Of a stretch of 64,000 nt of DNA, positions 1 to 11,764 are shown in pieces. Each line of letters starts with the position of its first letter. Within the stretch, counting starts at the first letter, position 1. The DNA comes from Iphione sp. A-MEVVRFRX5. Its lineage: Eukaryota. A program made the position numbers and the translations under genes. The notes under the pieces were generated by a model. That model searched no databases, was not told the DNA's origin, and saw only the letters and a program-made list of their open reading frames with translations. The stretch is from the NCBI GenBank assembly GCA_976226885.1, contig OZ320319.1, positions 65,348,001-65,412,000 on the forward strand, read 5' to 3'.

Positions 1-649
1 GGTCAGTTACGAAGCTTTTCTTTTCGAGTGAGATATGGTTGTTACCGGAGAACGCGTGGCATTAATGATCTGGACAATGATTTTACTTTTTAAATTCTAA
101 AAAATGAGATGATTCTGATCTTCAAATGATCCTAATTTCTTATCGAATCTGGCCATTTGAGTGTAAAAAAACAATATTGACGTACATAAATTTGTACTTG
201 AATTTTTTCCCACAAAACAGAGAATATCATAATCACAAGTGCATACGTAATCACTCATTTGCCGAAATACAGCACGTGTCAGTGATGTTGCGTGACAAAC
301 ACTTGAGAGCTTTCCCTCACTACCACTAACTCAACACTGCCTCCAGATTTTACTGTCAGTAACACATTATCAGGTGATGCAGCCTATTCCGCATGTGCAA
401 CTTCTAGAGGTATGCACTAGACTTTTCGTGGTGCTTCATTTTTAGGAAGACGTGCAAAGAATGCGCTGCGCATCATCTTGTTGCTGACGCTAGCAGACAG
501 TCCACTTGAACCCATGTCGCCCTGGTAGGAGCAAAATCTGTTTATAAGTTTGGCTTGCTCGTCTACCCTAAATCGGACAAAGTGATGGAGAATGGGGTGG
601 CTTTCCTGGGACAAATCTTTTTTTGTGTCTGTGTGTAAAACTAACTGTT

Positions 650-710
650 CAAGATAGTGCATCATAAACAGCATTTTCCAAGATAGTGCATCATAAACAG
701 CATTTTCCAA
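650..710. repeat. 29-bp tandem duplication
   Basis: AAGATAGTGCATCATAAACAGCATTTTCC at 651 and again at 680. Confidence 0.95.
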
Positions 711-944
711 TAGCACTGCTCCTACCGTGCGAATACCTTTATTGGTTTTGATTCTAACAATGCGTTGGGTTAAAAAGGCCTCCTCCTTGTGAAAGCAGCG
801 GATTGGAACACCTACTAATATGGTATCTGTTCCTTGGTATCGTTCCGCGTATTTAATACCATTAACACCGATGTTTATAAACAACGCAGCTAATACCTGT
901 ACATATGTAAAGTGACTAAGAAAAGGAAACGTGGAGGTACTTAC

Positions 945-971
945 TCTGAGGTCATCTCTTCCCTTGCTTCT
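945..971 (-). CDS. SGCE: 27-nt micro-exon of the same sarcoglycan-like gene
   Basis: Acceptor ttttgtttggaattctcacAG|AGAAGCAAGGGAAGAGATGACCTCAGA|GTAAGT consensus donor. Phase 2/2 fits the upstream exon and gives ...CSRQSA-EAREEMTS(D/E), positionally equivalent to ...CCRREG-VEKRNMQTPD of vertebrate epsilon-sarcoglycan (recalled sequence). Confidence 0.72.
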
Positions 972-1226
972 CTGTGAGAATTCCAAACAAAAATATGCTG
1001 GTATTAATTTCACGAAACAGGTGGTTTTTTTAATAACATGAACATGTATGAGATCAAGTGGGGCTGACTGGGAGAGTGAGTCGAATAGACCAAATGCAGA
1101 AGTGCAATTGCTAAGTACAACAGTGGGGCAAACTTTGCTGTCGGTCAACTGACTACTATCTCTTATCATATATAAGAAAGCTGTCACTCCGTCCAGCCCC
1201 AAAGTTTGCTCTCCGCCGCCAGAGTG

Positions 1227-1296
<70 letters not shown>

Positions 1297-1299
1297 TTA
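1227..1299. repeat. (ATT)n microsatellite
   Basis: About 24 ATT units with one AGT interruption. Confidence 0.98.
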
Positions 1300-2120
1300 C
1301 GTGTGGGTTATTGATAGATTATGTATTTCGATGTTCCAGTGAGAGGCGGCATCTGATATTAAGAACTGTATCGCCTGAAGAAAAACATCCCATAGTGACA
1401 GTTTGGCCGGGATGTAATGCAAGTGACAGAATGAGAACAGCCGACTGCATTTGATACTTCAACTCAAAACAAAAACGCCTCACTTGAAAAAAAACTTAAT
1501 CTGCTGTCGCATTATCACCACATGACAGAAAATATAGAATCCAGATCAGTTCAGCCCTGGGTAAAGAAAGGGTGTAATATATCGACAGTACGTGGTCACC
1601 ACGTCTCATTCTTATCAACGTGGTCCACGAGTCTTTCAAGGAAACTTCAATAATAGTATAGGTTTTAAGTCAAAAAACATATGCCTATATCTCTTATTAA
1701 TCGTGGATATTTGCTGATATGATGGGAAAGTAAATGCTTAAACTAATTTCGCCTATGGGAATTGAGACAATGATAACGCACATGGGACTCGAATAATGGA
1801 AGTGGGATAGAAGAGCAGTGAACAATTTGTAAACGATATGGAGTACCATTCTTTTCCGTTTGTCAATCTTAGTAATTAAGCACAAGCTAATTTACTGAAA
1901 TCGAGAATTTTATGACTGTAAGAGTCTACAAAAATATGTAAATGATATAAATGCGATGTGAAATTGATGACTAGCAAGACTAATGGGAAGATCGGGGACA
2001 GGCTGATAGAGTATATGTAAAGAAACGTATTTGTAGAATACTGCGAGACCTAGGTCGTAGATATACAGTGGTTAATGACTGTGAGATGATAAGCCCTACG
2101 GCTGGAAAAAACTTACTACA

Positions 2121-2132
2121 GAGAGAGAGAGG

Positions 2133-2191
<59 letters not shown>
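2121..2191. repeat. (GA)n microsatellite
   Basis: Pure GA run with a GGGAGGGA interruption. Confidence 0.98.
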
Positions 2192-2194
<3 letters not shown>

Positions 2195-2689
2195 CACGAT
2201 TCAAACAATCCACAACAGATACTTTACAGAACTACAAAAATACAAGACAACACTGTTGAGCGCATACGAAGACTATGTACATAGAGTTAACTGAAACGCA
2301 ACTAAGGGTGTCAAGTAACTAAAAACATATAAATAGGATTAACTGAAAGCATTTTGGCCTGGTGCCCATTAATCGTGTTTTATCCACGTAGTCATATCAA
2401 TCTCTAAATATGGATGTACACATACATGTTTCCTTAAAACTGCGATGAATAATTTGGGCGTGAATGTATGTCAACTTATAAAAACAACGTAATTACACTC
2501 ATTGGGATTATAGCGCGGTTAATCTTACCGAGAAAGACGCATCGTTTATAGTTACGATCAATACTTGGAAAGAAGCAACACTATAACTGTTGTCAAACTC
2601 CTGACGGATTAAAACACTGGATGTAACTAAATTCAGTAGCACTGCGAGGTCTGATCTCACTAGCATTCATGAGAAACATGAGCAAAGGC

Positions 2690-2780
2690 AAGCGACTTTC
2701 ATAAACGACCTTCAAAACTACGACTGGAAGTCATTTCCTTGATTATGACATTAATCAAAACTTGCCATTAAAAAGTACAA
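2690..2780 (+). pseudogene. Possible CR1/L2 LINE ORF2 linker remnant
   Basis: Reads FINDLQNYDWKSF, resembling the F..DL...DW motif between endonuclease and RT; heavily decayed. Confidence 0.3.
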
Positions 2781-5162
2781 TTTAAAATCGAATGATCAGC
2801 ATTAAACACCTTTTTCTCTCGGTCTTCTTAATTACCAGTTCAACGATGTGATTGCAGACACCATCTTCTTAAATTGAGAAAATAATTATACTGCAGGATT
2901 ATCAAGATAATTCTTCATGGTGATCAAGTCGTAACTGAAAATCTAAGTTTTATATCTTGGCAACTGTTACCATAAGGCAAATTTGACCTTTCTCAAAAGG
3001 TTCAAATCAAGGAGAATGCCAGCTTCCAGTGCAAGAAGAAATAATTTATCGTGAGAAGTCCGCACTTCGATATTCATAATGGGAGGTGCTAATCCGGCAA
3101 TAATTATCTGCAGACATTAATTTGATCTAAAATCAATTCATAATCTCCTCTAGGGCAGACGCGTCAGATTCGTACGCGCGAGCTTCAATTTGTGTGTGTC
3201 ATTTTCGAAAAGTTCAATTAGTTGTGTGCTGTTCGTGGCCAAACATTAAAATCCGTTGTATTTAAGATTGAATTAAACGTGGCAAGAACTAAAACGTTCC
3301 AGCAGTGATAATATTGAGGGATATAGGTTTGGGCTGAACTGCTGGAAAGTTATCATCACGTCAGTGAATATTTGTGCATGAAATCTGTAGCAGACTGGGT
3401 AGGTATGGTAAGGACATTAAAAGGGAAACTAATAGGGCTATGGGTGTTAGAGGAACTTAAATGGCGCTACAGTTGAGTGAGGGCAACGTATAGCTGTGTG
3501 TATATTCACGTAAACATGAATGAAATATAAGTTAGGTCTGACATTTGGATTCAAAATGACACCTGATCCCAATTGACCCTTTCAGTTGCATGATTGGAAA
3601 CTCCCCAGCCTGATCGATGGTGCAGCCTGTAATAATTTTCATTGTATTCAGAACCCAGAGGGAGATTTCGATGGTAAAAGCCGAATATCCTATAGTCTTT
3701 ATCAGTGGCAGTGTCTTACATTAAGTCATGTAATCCAGTGGTAAACAGCTCAAATGTAGTCTGAATACTGATATATAATTACTAACAATATCTAACAATA
3801 TTTGGTACAAGAATTGCATGTAAAGCGGACCAGTATATATACTGGTGATATATACTGGTATATATATATATATATATTGACAAGTAGATGCAATGATACA
3901 ACAACCGTATCAGAACTACTGACACCATACTTTGTATAAGATGAAAATATAATGGGTAAAGAAGGAGATTACGCCCTTGTCAAGTTTTATATTTCAGATA
4001 GGGTTATACCAATACGGATGGTAACCTTTTCACGTGCCATCCCAAAGTTATACTGATCCTAGATATTTGAAGGAGCTACCCGGGCGTTAAATTGATCTTT
4101 AATCTTTAATCTTTAATTTAGCCTCCCCTAAATTCAAATATTACATTTAATACCTCTCATGTATTTGGATGAAGCAGACTACCACTGAAAGTTGCATCCC
4201 AACCACAATTACCATATTCCCATTTCTATGTGTTGATTTTGAATGGATCGTGTTCTAAGCTACAGGTACAGGGGAAACTATTTTTATGGCAATGTCCACG
4301 AAGCCTAGGCATCAATTTTTACTTTTAATATTTTCAATCAATCTAGTACCATTACAGCTTCCCGCTGTTTGAATAATGGGTTTTACCCACAGGAGCGGCT
4401 GGTTTTTCAAAAACAGTTGAAACTACATCAAAGGCAGAAAAATAATGAATTACGACTTTGTGGAGAAAGAAGCGCGATAAAATGCGGTAATAATACATTT
4501 CATGGCAAATATTTTCGAATCAAAATGGCCGACGCTAAAAGCTTCGTTGCGGCAGGTGTAATACAGTTGCGAATATAGACATCAGTCAGCCGAGGGAAAG
4601 TTTTAATTAATTGTCAGAGGTTTGAAAAAGACGGTGTGACGACTGTCTCTAGGGACGCTTTTGTCGCGGCATTATGACAGCTGATATAGCCAACAAAATA
4701 CCCTGGGCACAAAACCACTTGGCGGCCTAGTACATTTAACGAGTTTGATGTTACACATCGCTAAGATAATGGAGGCCCAAAACTACAAAATACATAGGAC
4801 GCGGTATATTTAAAAAAAAAAGATTTTTTTTAGCAGCGCTCATGTTATTACTTATATAAAAATATATAAGAACACATGGTATGTAACCGTGTTTTGTGTG
4901 TTTAATATCATGTAGAGATACGGGATAATGACACAGACAATACAAGCACTGTTCAAGATCGACACATATACCTGCTTCTCCGAATAGAGAACAGCTTTAT
5001 CATACTTCAAAGGGACAACTTCACGATTGTCCGTCCAAAAGCATCTTGGATATTAAAAACTTTCACCAACTCTTAAAACCCTTCACAGAACAAATATAAC
5101 ACTACTGAAGGCAGTACTTCCTCTTCATTTTTATTCATAGACAAAAGAGGCAAAGACAGATT

Positions 5163-5255
5163 CAGTGAAGTCTTAATTTCCGACCACATCGATTTCCGAC
5201 CTTTCTGCCTATTACTACCACCTGAAGTGGGAACCAATAATCGATTTCCGACCAA
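5163..5255 (+). mobile_element. Tc1/pogo-type MITE end (CAGT...TTTCCGACCACATCGATTTCCGACC family)
   Basis: Shares its terminal motif with copies at 9702-9846 (-), 15421-15478 (+), about 16395-16458 (-) and about 53444-53480 (+); those four have TA next to the CAGT terminus. Confidence 0.55.
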
Positions 5256-5519
5256 ACTTGCTATTACGTGTATTCTGTGGCGCAACTACCCGCGGCAAAA
5301 ATGGTCACTGCTTTGTATACAGATACATCTACGTGCAAAGAACCAGTATAGTCGTGAATAATTCAAGTGTCAGAACACCGAATCCTGGCGTCAGATGAGA
5401 TGAAAATCTGCTGATTGATATTCCAGTCTCCAATTGAACTGTCGTGCCATAGCGGCAACACAGAGGAAGAAAATTAAAACCGTGCTTAATCAATAAGTCC
5501 AGCTTTGCTGTATACTCAC

Positions 5520-5731
5520 GCGCTCTGGCGGCTACAGAAGAAGAAGATGCTGAGAACGATACTGAGGATGATGGCCAGTAATATGGGGAAGACGACGGTG
5601 ACGAGGAATTCTTGCGAGAAGTCGCGCCTGTCGACGCTGGCCACTGACAGGTTTAAGTCCTGGCCGGTGAGGACCACCCGAGCCGGCGCAGGAGTGGGCT
5701 GGGCCATGGCGGCCACCATGTCCGGGGTAAT
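5520..5731 (-). CDS. SGCE: Internal coding exon of alpha/epsilon-sarcoglycan-like gene (juxtamembrane + transmembrane exon, 212 nt, phase 0 to phase 2)
   Basis: Acceptor tttgtttgatcccaccAG|ATT, donor GC|GTGAGT. Translates ITPDMVAAMAQPTPAPARVVLTGQDLNLSVASVDRRDFSQEFLVTVVFPILLAIILSIVLSIFFFCSRQSA, matching the sarcoglycan alpha/epsilon RD(Y/F)xx(D/E)FL-TM-C(C/S)R(R/Q)xG pattern. GC-rich third positions. Symbol is approximate: invertebrates usually have one alpha/epsilon co-orthologue. Confidence 0.85.
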
Positions 5732-8700
5732 CTGGTGGGATCAAACAAACAGAATTGGAAATAAGTGTTCGTGGGTGAATACCAAACAGATCTCTGTTTA
5801 CTGAGTAGCAGATAAAGGGGTAAGGAAACTTGCTCTTGTGTACATGAAATAAAGGCAATTGGATTCCCGTACATATCTTCAATAGCTATATTCTAAAAGG
5901 ACGACAATAATTGGTAACACAAAGTGTAAACATAATAGAGAGTAGCTCTATTTGGTGTTCCATTTAAGAACTTAATTCTGATAATCTTGACAACCTTTCA
6001 CATAAGCGAATGACGTTGTCTAAGGTGTATCACGAAATCGGTATTAAATCGGTATTAAAAGCAAATTCTTTTCATCTAGCTTCAATATTTTTTTCTGTTC
6101 AGGCCCTGTTCGTTTAGAGATACATGTACTGAAGGAAACATGGATCGCACCAAGACGCAAAGACTATGATATAAAAAGGTGAATCATTCGTTTCTAAAAC
6201 AAAATACACATGCACGAATAGAAATGTATGTCAGATATGAAGGATTTTTAAAGATTAAGGACACCATCTGGTGACCAAGTAAGATCCTGACTTTCTACTC
6301 CGCAAAATATTGATTTGAAACTAAACAGGATGCTGATTTCAAAAGTGCTACGTGTAATGTCATGTTTTTCTGTGCGACAGATGCAGACGGAATGGGTGGC
6401 TACTGCTGGCAAAATGACAATTTACTTGAAAAATGGATTGATCCATCAGGCCTAGGGCCCTATTCATGAAGGTAATGGAGTAAAAGAGGAAATAAATTGG
6501 GTTTTTGATTGATTGTAAAGGCATATCAGATGACGGCGAAAAAAAGAACACGGCTTTTACAATAGCCCAGCGGAGCAACAGGGCCATTTGGAAAGACCAA
6601 ACGGTTTTCATAAGCTGGGTCTGCTTCATTCTCAGTTTTTCATATCGATTTCCCGGTGAGACAGACGAAAAAGAAAGCAGGAATTGTCAATTTATCTGAA
6701 GCGCGAGCCGGGTCAACACATGTCAGCCGCTCTGTGCGCCCAACGCATTCCCACAACAGCACACATACCTACCGAAGGCTCTCTCTACTTTCCGCGAACC
6801 ATGCGACTCTCAGCATTTAGCCGGCCTGCACCTGGGAGTCACCAAGGTAGGGATGACGCCCGCGGTTGCCCAGTTCCTCACACACTGCTCTATGCTCGTT
6901 AGCGGATGCCGTTGTCGGCAGCCAAGAGTAGCAGGTACAGGAACTTCGCACAGGAACCGGAAGACATCGCTTTTAAGACGAGGACGGAGTGCTACAACCG
7001 GGCTGGACACCTTCCCACAGAGCGAACCGTTGTAATTACGATCGCTTGCTTGGGTGGTATTTATCATTGGCGCATTGGCCATTTATATCCTACACCGTAC
7101 ATATACATGTATATGATTTAAATGTCTTTGTAACCCCAGATGGCAAAGGACAGATGCGTATTATGTACATTCGATTGCTGAAGGCGTTGCCTATGCTAAC
7201 AATTATCGCCAGCCCTGTCTCTTTCCCTCCTTTTCTCCCTCCTCCCCCTCATTTTGCTCACTTAAGGTTAGTTTAAAGTTGGCTTACTAAGTCGGACTGC
7301 CATTTAAAATGGTTTTGCAATATTCCCCGTTTTAACCGTCAATAATACATGCATGGGCATATTCAGCATAACTGCAGGGCGAATCTCAATTAATGTTGAA
7401 GGCAACTCGTAAAATTATTCAGACCAGGCAGGAATGATCACTGGACTATATCATTTAATAATACGGAGATGTCAACTGAGACCTCTACCTACAATTACTA
7501 TAACATACTCACAGGAACTATATTATAAATTTACGATAATTTCCATCACCGACTCACACAGATGTAATAAAACAGTTGAACAACGTCAGTTGTTGTTTGT
7601 TTGAATGGACTGGTGGCTGACGAAGTGTCCATCGTCCTTCAGCATCTTTTTGTTGTAAAATGGCTGCACTTCGAGAGGAGCTTACGTGTTGTATGGAAAT
7701 ACCTGGCAAGGAAACTGAAATATTACCTACTGACCCGAAAGGTTCAGTACATTCTACTTCCAACATTGACTGCGCTACTCTTTCTATGCTAATTTACAAC
7801 AACTGGAATTTTTAGCCTAACTTCTAACTAAGGCAATATTAAATAAAATGCAATTGTTCTCGTTTTAACCAGATTGGAAAAAGCAATAGTCATTAAAATT
7901 AAGAGGAAGGGATGGACTAATAACGAATTGGGCTCAAATAATGGCCAAGCTTATTTCCCTGCACAATGGGAATTGCTTTTCAAGGAACACAATATTGAAT
8001 AATCATACTTTTTTTTAGAAAATAGGGAAGATCACATTTCTTCTGTCAATGCCTGTTTAAAAATAACTGTTTTCACACATAGAAAAACCAGGGTGTCTGC
8101 CGTATGGGCGCATAAAATCAATCTGAAAAGGAGTAACTTTCCCCTCACTCTCTGTATTTCTCTCTTGCGTTTAGGGATCATGATACATCTACATCTTCCA
8201 CAGATGGCGCAATCAAATCGATGGATCTCACCCCTACTCAGTCCTTCCCTTGATGTGGTGTAACCGACGAGGTGCCAGTAGGGGTCTCGTAACAGCTGGC
8301 ATTGGATACACGCTTATAACTCAATCTGGAAGATCTACCCACCCTTCTACTTGGATTTACGCTTGTTTCTCGACTTTCATCTATGGCCAGCGTGAACACC
8401 TTTTACATTTGTTAAAACTTATACGGACGTTTAATAGCAAACTGCACTATCGTTCACGTATATATTGCGAAAACAAACAAACAAGCAGAGTGAAAGATCA
8501 AAGCCACAAAGTGCTGACTTCGCCCACTGGAACAGCATATCTATCGAAAGACCTCGTTAGCCGCGGAAATTGTACAACATTTTGGTTGTACTAATACATC
8601 CATCAGAGCCACAGTCACTAAGAAGCTAGTACGTAGACGTAATGCCTTTATGTTTTCACAGAAGGTATAGAGACCCTTCTAGTTGGTGAGGTCCAGGGTT

Positions 8701-9564
8701 GGATGGGCAAAAAAGCCGTAACAGGACGAAACAATGCTTTGATATATAAACTTCAGCGGTAGCCTATACCATCAGAATGCGTGACGATGATGGCATCTCA
8801 TAGGGAGAAGGTTGGTTAACAACGAGAGTCACGTGAGCCTTTGGCAGCCATTCACATCTGACACAAGCATGGCACCACCTAGCCTCCACAGCCTTTGTAA
8901 TCCAATAAGGCGGAGCGCATACGGCTTTCCGCTTGCAATGTTACCGCTACGGTTGCCAGAACATTGGCATCCTATATATGAGACCGCCAGGGCGAGGCTG
9001 GGACGGGATGAGGAAAGAGGGTCACTGAAGATAATGACAGTGGCGCCGATGGCAAGTGAAACATAAATATGTTCCTCATGAAAACATGACTGGTGGACAT
9101 CGTCGCATGTGTAGCTTGGAAATTGGCTTCACTTCTACACGTTCTTGCAAATGTCTTGGTAAATAGCATCGGCTCTCGGTTGGGCCAAGAAACGCCTCAA
9201 CAGGCGTTTAACGTTAAAGAAATGGATGATGTGAGGTTATTATCTCACTGACGCTCAGCAAACAAGAGTGGAGCGGATGATTTCAGCTATGTTGTCTGTC
9301 CTCATGGGGTTGTGCCGTGACTGCCGCGCTAGCCTTGCAGCAGACAACACCAAAGTCAACGCTGCGCCGAATCGCAGCCCAAGTCCGCCCTTGATGTTGT
9401 TAGAACTGCATCTCAAAGAGTCAAACAACATAGTTGCAAACATGCAACTCACCGCTGCAGCCTATAAAACTGGATTTCACACCAGTGCACCAATGGTCCG
9501 AGCTGAAGTGGTAGGAATAGCAAAAAAGGTCGGGAATAATCTGTATATGTCCTAAAAGTGGTGA

Positions 9565-9601
9565 AAAGTCAAAGTCAAAGTCAAAGTCAGAGTTAAAGTC
9601 C
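9565..9601. repeat. (AAAGTC)n hexamer repeat
   Basis: About 6 imperfect units aaagtc aaagtc aaagtc aaagtc agagtt aaagtc. Confidence 0.85.
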
Positions 9602-9701
9602 AAAAAGTGCTGAATTTGATGATTAAACATAAGAAAAGGTCCAAAAAGTGCTGACTATGACGAGTAACACCTCTGGTCACATAGAGGTAAGTGACCCTAT
9701 A

Positions 9702-9846
9702 CAGTGTGGTCAGAAATCGATTTGGTCTGAAATCGATATATTGGTCTATTGATTATCTATAGAAAAAAAATATCGTCCCCAGCTTAATCGGCCAGAATAG
9801 CAAATTTGATCAGAAATCGACGTAGTCGGAAATACGGTTTCCACTG
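9702..9846 (-). mobile_element. Tc1/pogo-type MITE, TA-flanked
   Basis: TA|CAGTG...CACTG|TA; right end (reverse complement) CAGTGGAAACCGTATTTCCGACTACGTCGATTTCTGATC matches the family motif. Confidence 0.6.
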
Positions 9847-10022
9847 TACTTGATGAAAATGTCAAGTATCAGTTTCGTTCCTACGGGTTCCTTTTCCTCT
9901 TCTGGTGTCAAATAACGGATGCTTTCAATGTCAGTGGAAACTGTATCCTACCTGTTGTTTTCTATCGTAGCAGCCTGGATAATCATGAATAATATGTACA
10001 AGTATTAACAATTATAATTGGC

Positions 10023-10081
10023 CTAAATGTGCTAAATACTCTAAACGATATGCTAAATGTGCTAAATACTCTAAACGATAT
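10023..10081. repeat. 30-bp tandem duplication
   Basis: CTAAATGTGCTAAATACTCTAAACGATAT at 10023 and 10053. Confidence 0.95.
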
Positions 10082-10655
10082 CTCAGTATGAAGCAGGCCT
10101 CAGGTATTAATTTTAGTCATAAAATGGTTACTCAGGTGTTTTCATAGCTCTTTTGAGGTATTTTAGGTTCCTTTTATGAATACGGTCTATTGCTCAATAG
10201 TGCTTAGATCTGTATTATACGACAGCTATCTGCATTAAATGCTTTTTAGTAAAGTAGGCAATGTCATCGCAGAGCTCCTTAGAGTTCTTTTGTTTGCGCC
10301 TGACATGATAAGCAATCCTGTTGATAACCCTGTCAATATGCAGGGTTTGAACGCACAACACTAGCATAACTGACCGTCGCCAGCATCAAATATCCTTTTT
10401 TTATATCTTTTATTTCCCGAGAAAAATATACATATAAGTACGTGCAGCTCAGGTTGTCCGACATTTATAATAATTGTCGATATATATTTGTTCATTTAAT
10501 GTAAGTTGAGAGGGTTTCAAGGCCATTCTGGACGATGCCTGGAGGTATGAGTTTCTGTCTTTAAACCTAGTCTGATTAGTTAGCTTGACTTTGAGTACAA
10601 ACGATGCTAAGGATATAATCTCAGTTATAAACTTCCCCTTAGATCTTACATTTAA

Positions 10656-10973
10656 GGCCTAATTTCCAGGTGCATGTGTCACTGTGGCCGTGTTTTAGTG
10701 CCGTGAAGTGTGTCGCCATGTTGTTACCACGTCACCATGTTGTCACCGTTTTTCCACTCCGGTAGATAAACAGTCACCAAAATTCAAGGTACCAAGACAG
10801 TGACATGGCGAACTGGGACATGTTCAAATCGGAAAACACAGTGACAAGGACAGCCACAGCTGCATGGCCATGCACTGTCACAAAGGACAAGTCCAGTAGA
10901 TAAATATAGACCCCAAAACAGACATGACCATCTTTCCATGGCAATGGAAACAATGTTACACTGAAATTAGGCC
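10656..10973. mobile_element. PIF/Harbinger-type MITE (318 bp)
   Basis: TIRs GGCCTAATTTC ... GAAATTAGGCC; 3-bp TSD TAA on both sides (10653-10655, 10974-10976). Confidence 0.8.
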
Positions 10974-11764
10974 TAACTTACCGGCCAATCAAGTCAAGAG
11001 TTAAACATGTCCTCCAGTGTGGTTCTCCAGAGAAAAGGAAGGTTAAGTGTAAACAATACAGTGCAACAATAAACTAGATTCAATTTTCATGTAGTCCAAC
11101 AGATATAGAACTTCCTTTTTCAACTTCGTGATTTTTAAGATCCCTGAGAATTCATTTTTTCTCATTCCATTGTCCAGATTTTGCCGAGGTATTTGATTGA
11201 AGGGAATATCGTGGCAAAGCGACATCTGTCGTCCACGCGAAAATTTTCCTGTATCAGTCGGTCTGAAGCTTATTGATATCGGGTTTGAAATTTGACAATC
11301 AAAGTTTAGAATTATAATATATTATGTAAGTATTTTTATACTTCCGACAATCACATCAGATCTAATAAGTATGAATATTTACATAGTGATGGACTTCCGA
11401 TAGAATATGTCCTGCACGTCCGTCTTTCTGACTTGTTGAAACTTTATAATACTCCTGATGTGTCAGAGGTTCTTACACTTTGGAGAGCCTGGTGCCCTAT
11501 GAGGTCAGCAAAAAGGTCATCGTTGCGCTCTTTATGTCTGGAGATGAGAGTGGGCTGAGTAGGGAGGATTACTCCTTCCTTTCCAGGGCACTTTTCACGG
11601 TCTCAGATAGCCAGTCAGTGATCTTTTTGATGTCCACTGACTTCAGCAGTTGGACTGGGTTGGCGTTCTCATGAGCATACTTAACGACTTCCAGGAGGTG
11701 TTCTCTGTACACTGTCTTTTTATTGCCTGTTTCATCCACTGATCTAAGGGATATGATAATGCTG

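Noticed and set aside
417-1202. 261-aa minus-strand ORF
   Set aside because: It spans the sarcoglycan micro-exon (in another frame) with its splice sites and an out-of-frame 29-bp duplication, and has no recognisable domain. Most likely a chance open frame in an intron.
6810-7082. Minus ORF as the missing sarcoglycan DWC exon
   Set aside because: Only a vague LGCRQ..P similarity; lacks the GVY, FSxCL and DWC motifs and compatible splice sites.
8290-8410. hAT motif VFTLAIDES on the minus strand
   Set aside because: An isolated 9-residue match with no downstream QL..FVR.
9450-9545. Minus-strand VHWCEIQF near a GTGAGT donor as a sarcoglycan exon
   Set aside because: In that frame the donor is phase 2, whereas the TM exon needs phase 0; the upstream residues do not match.
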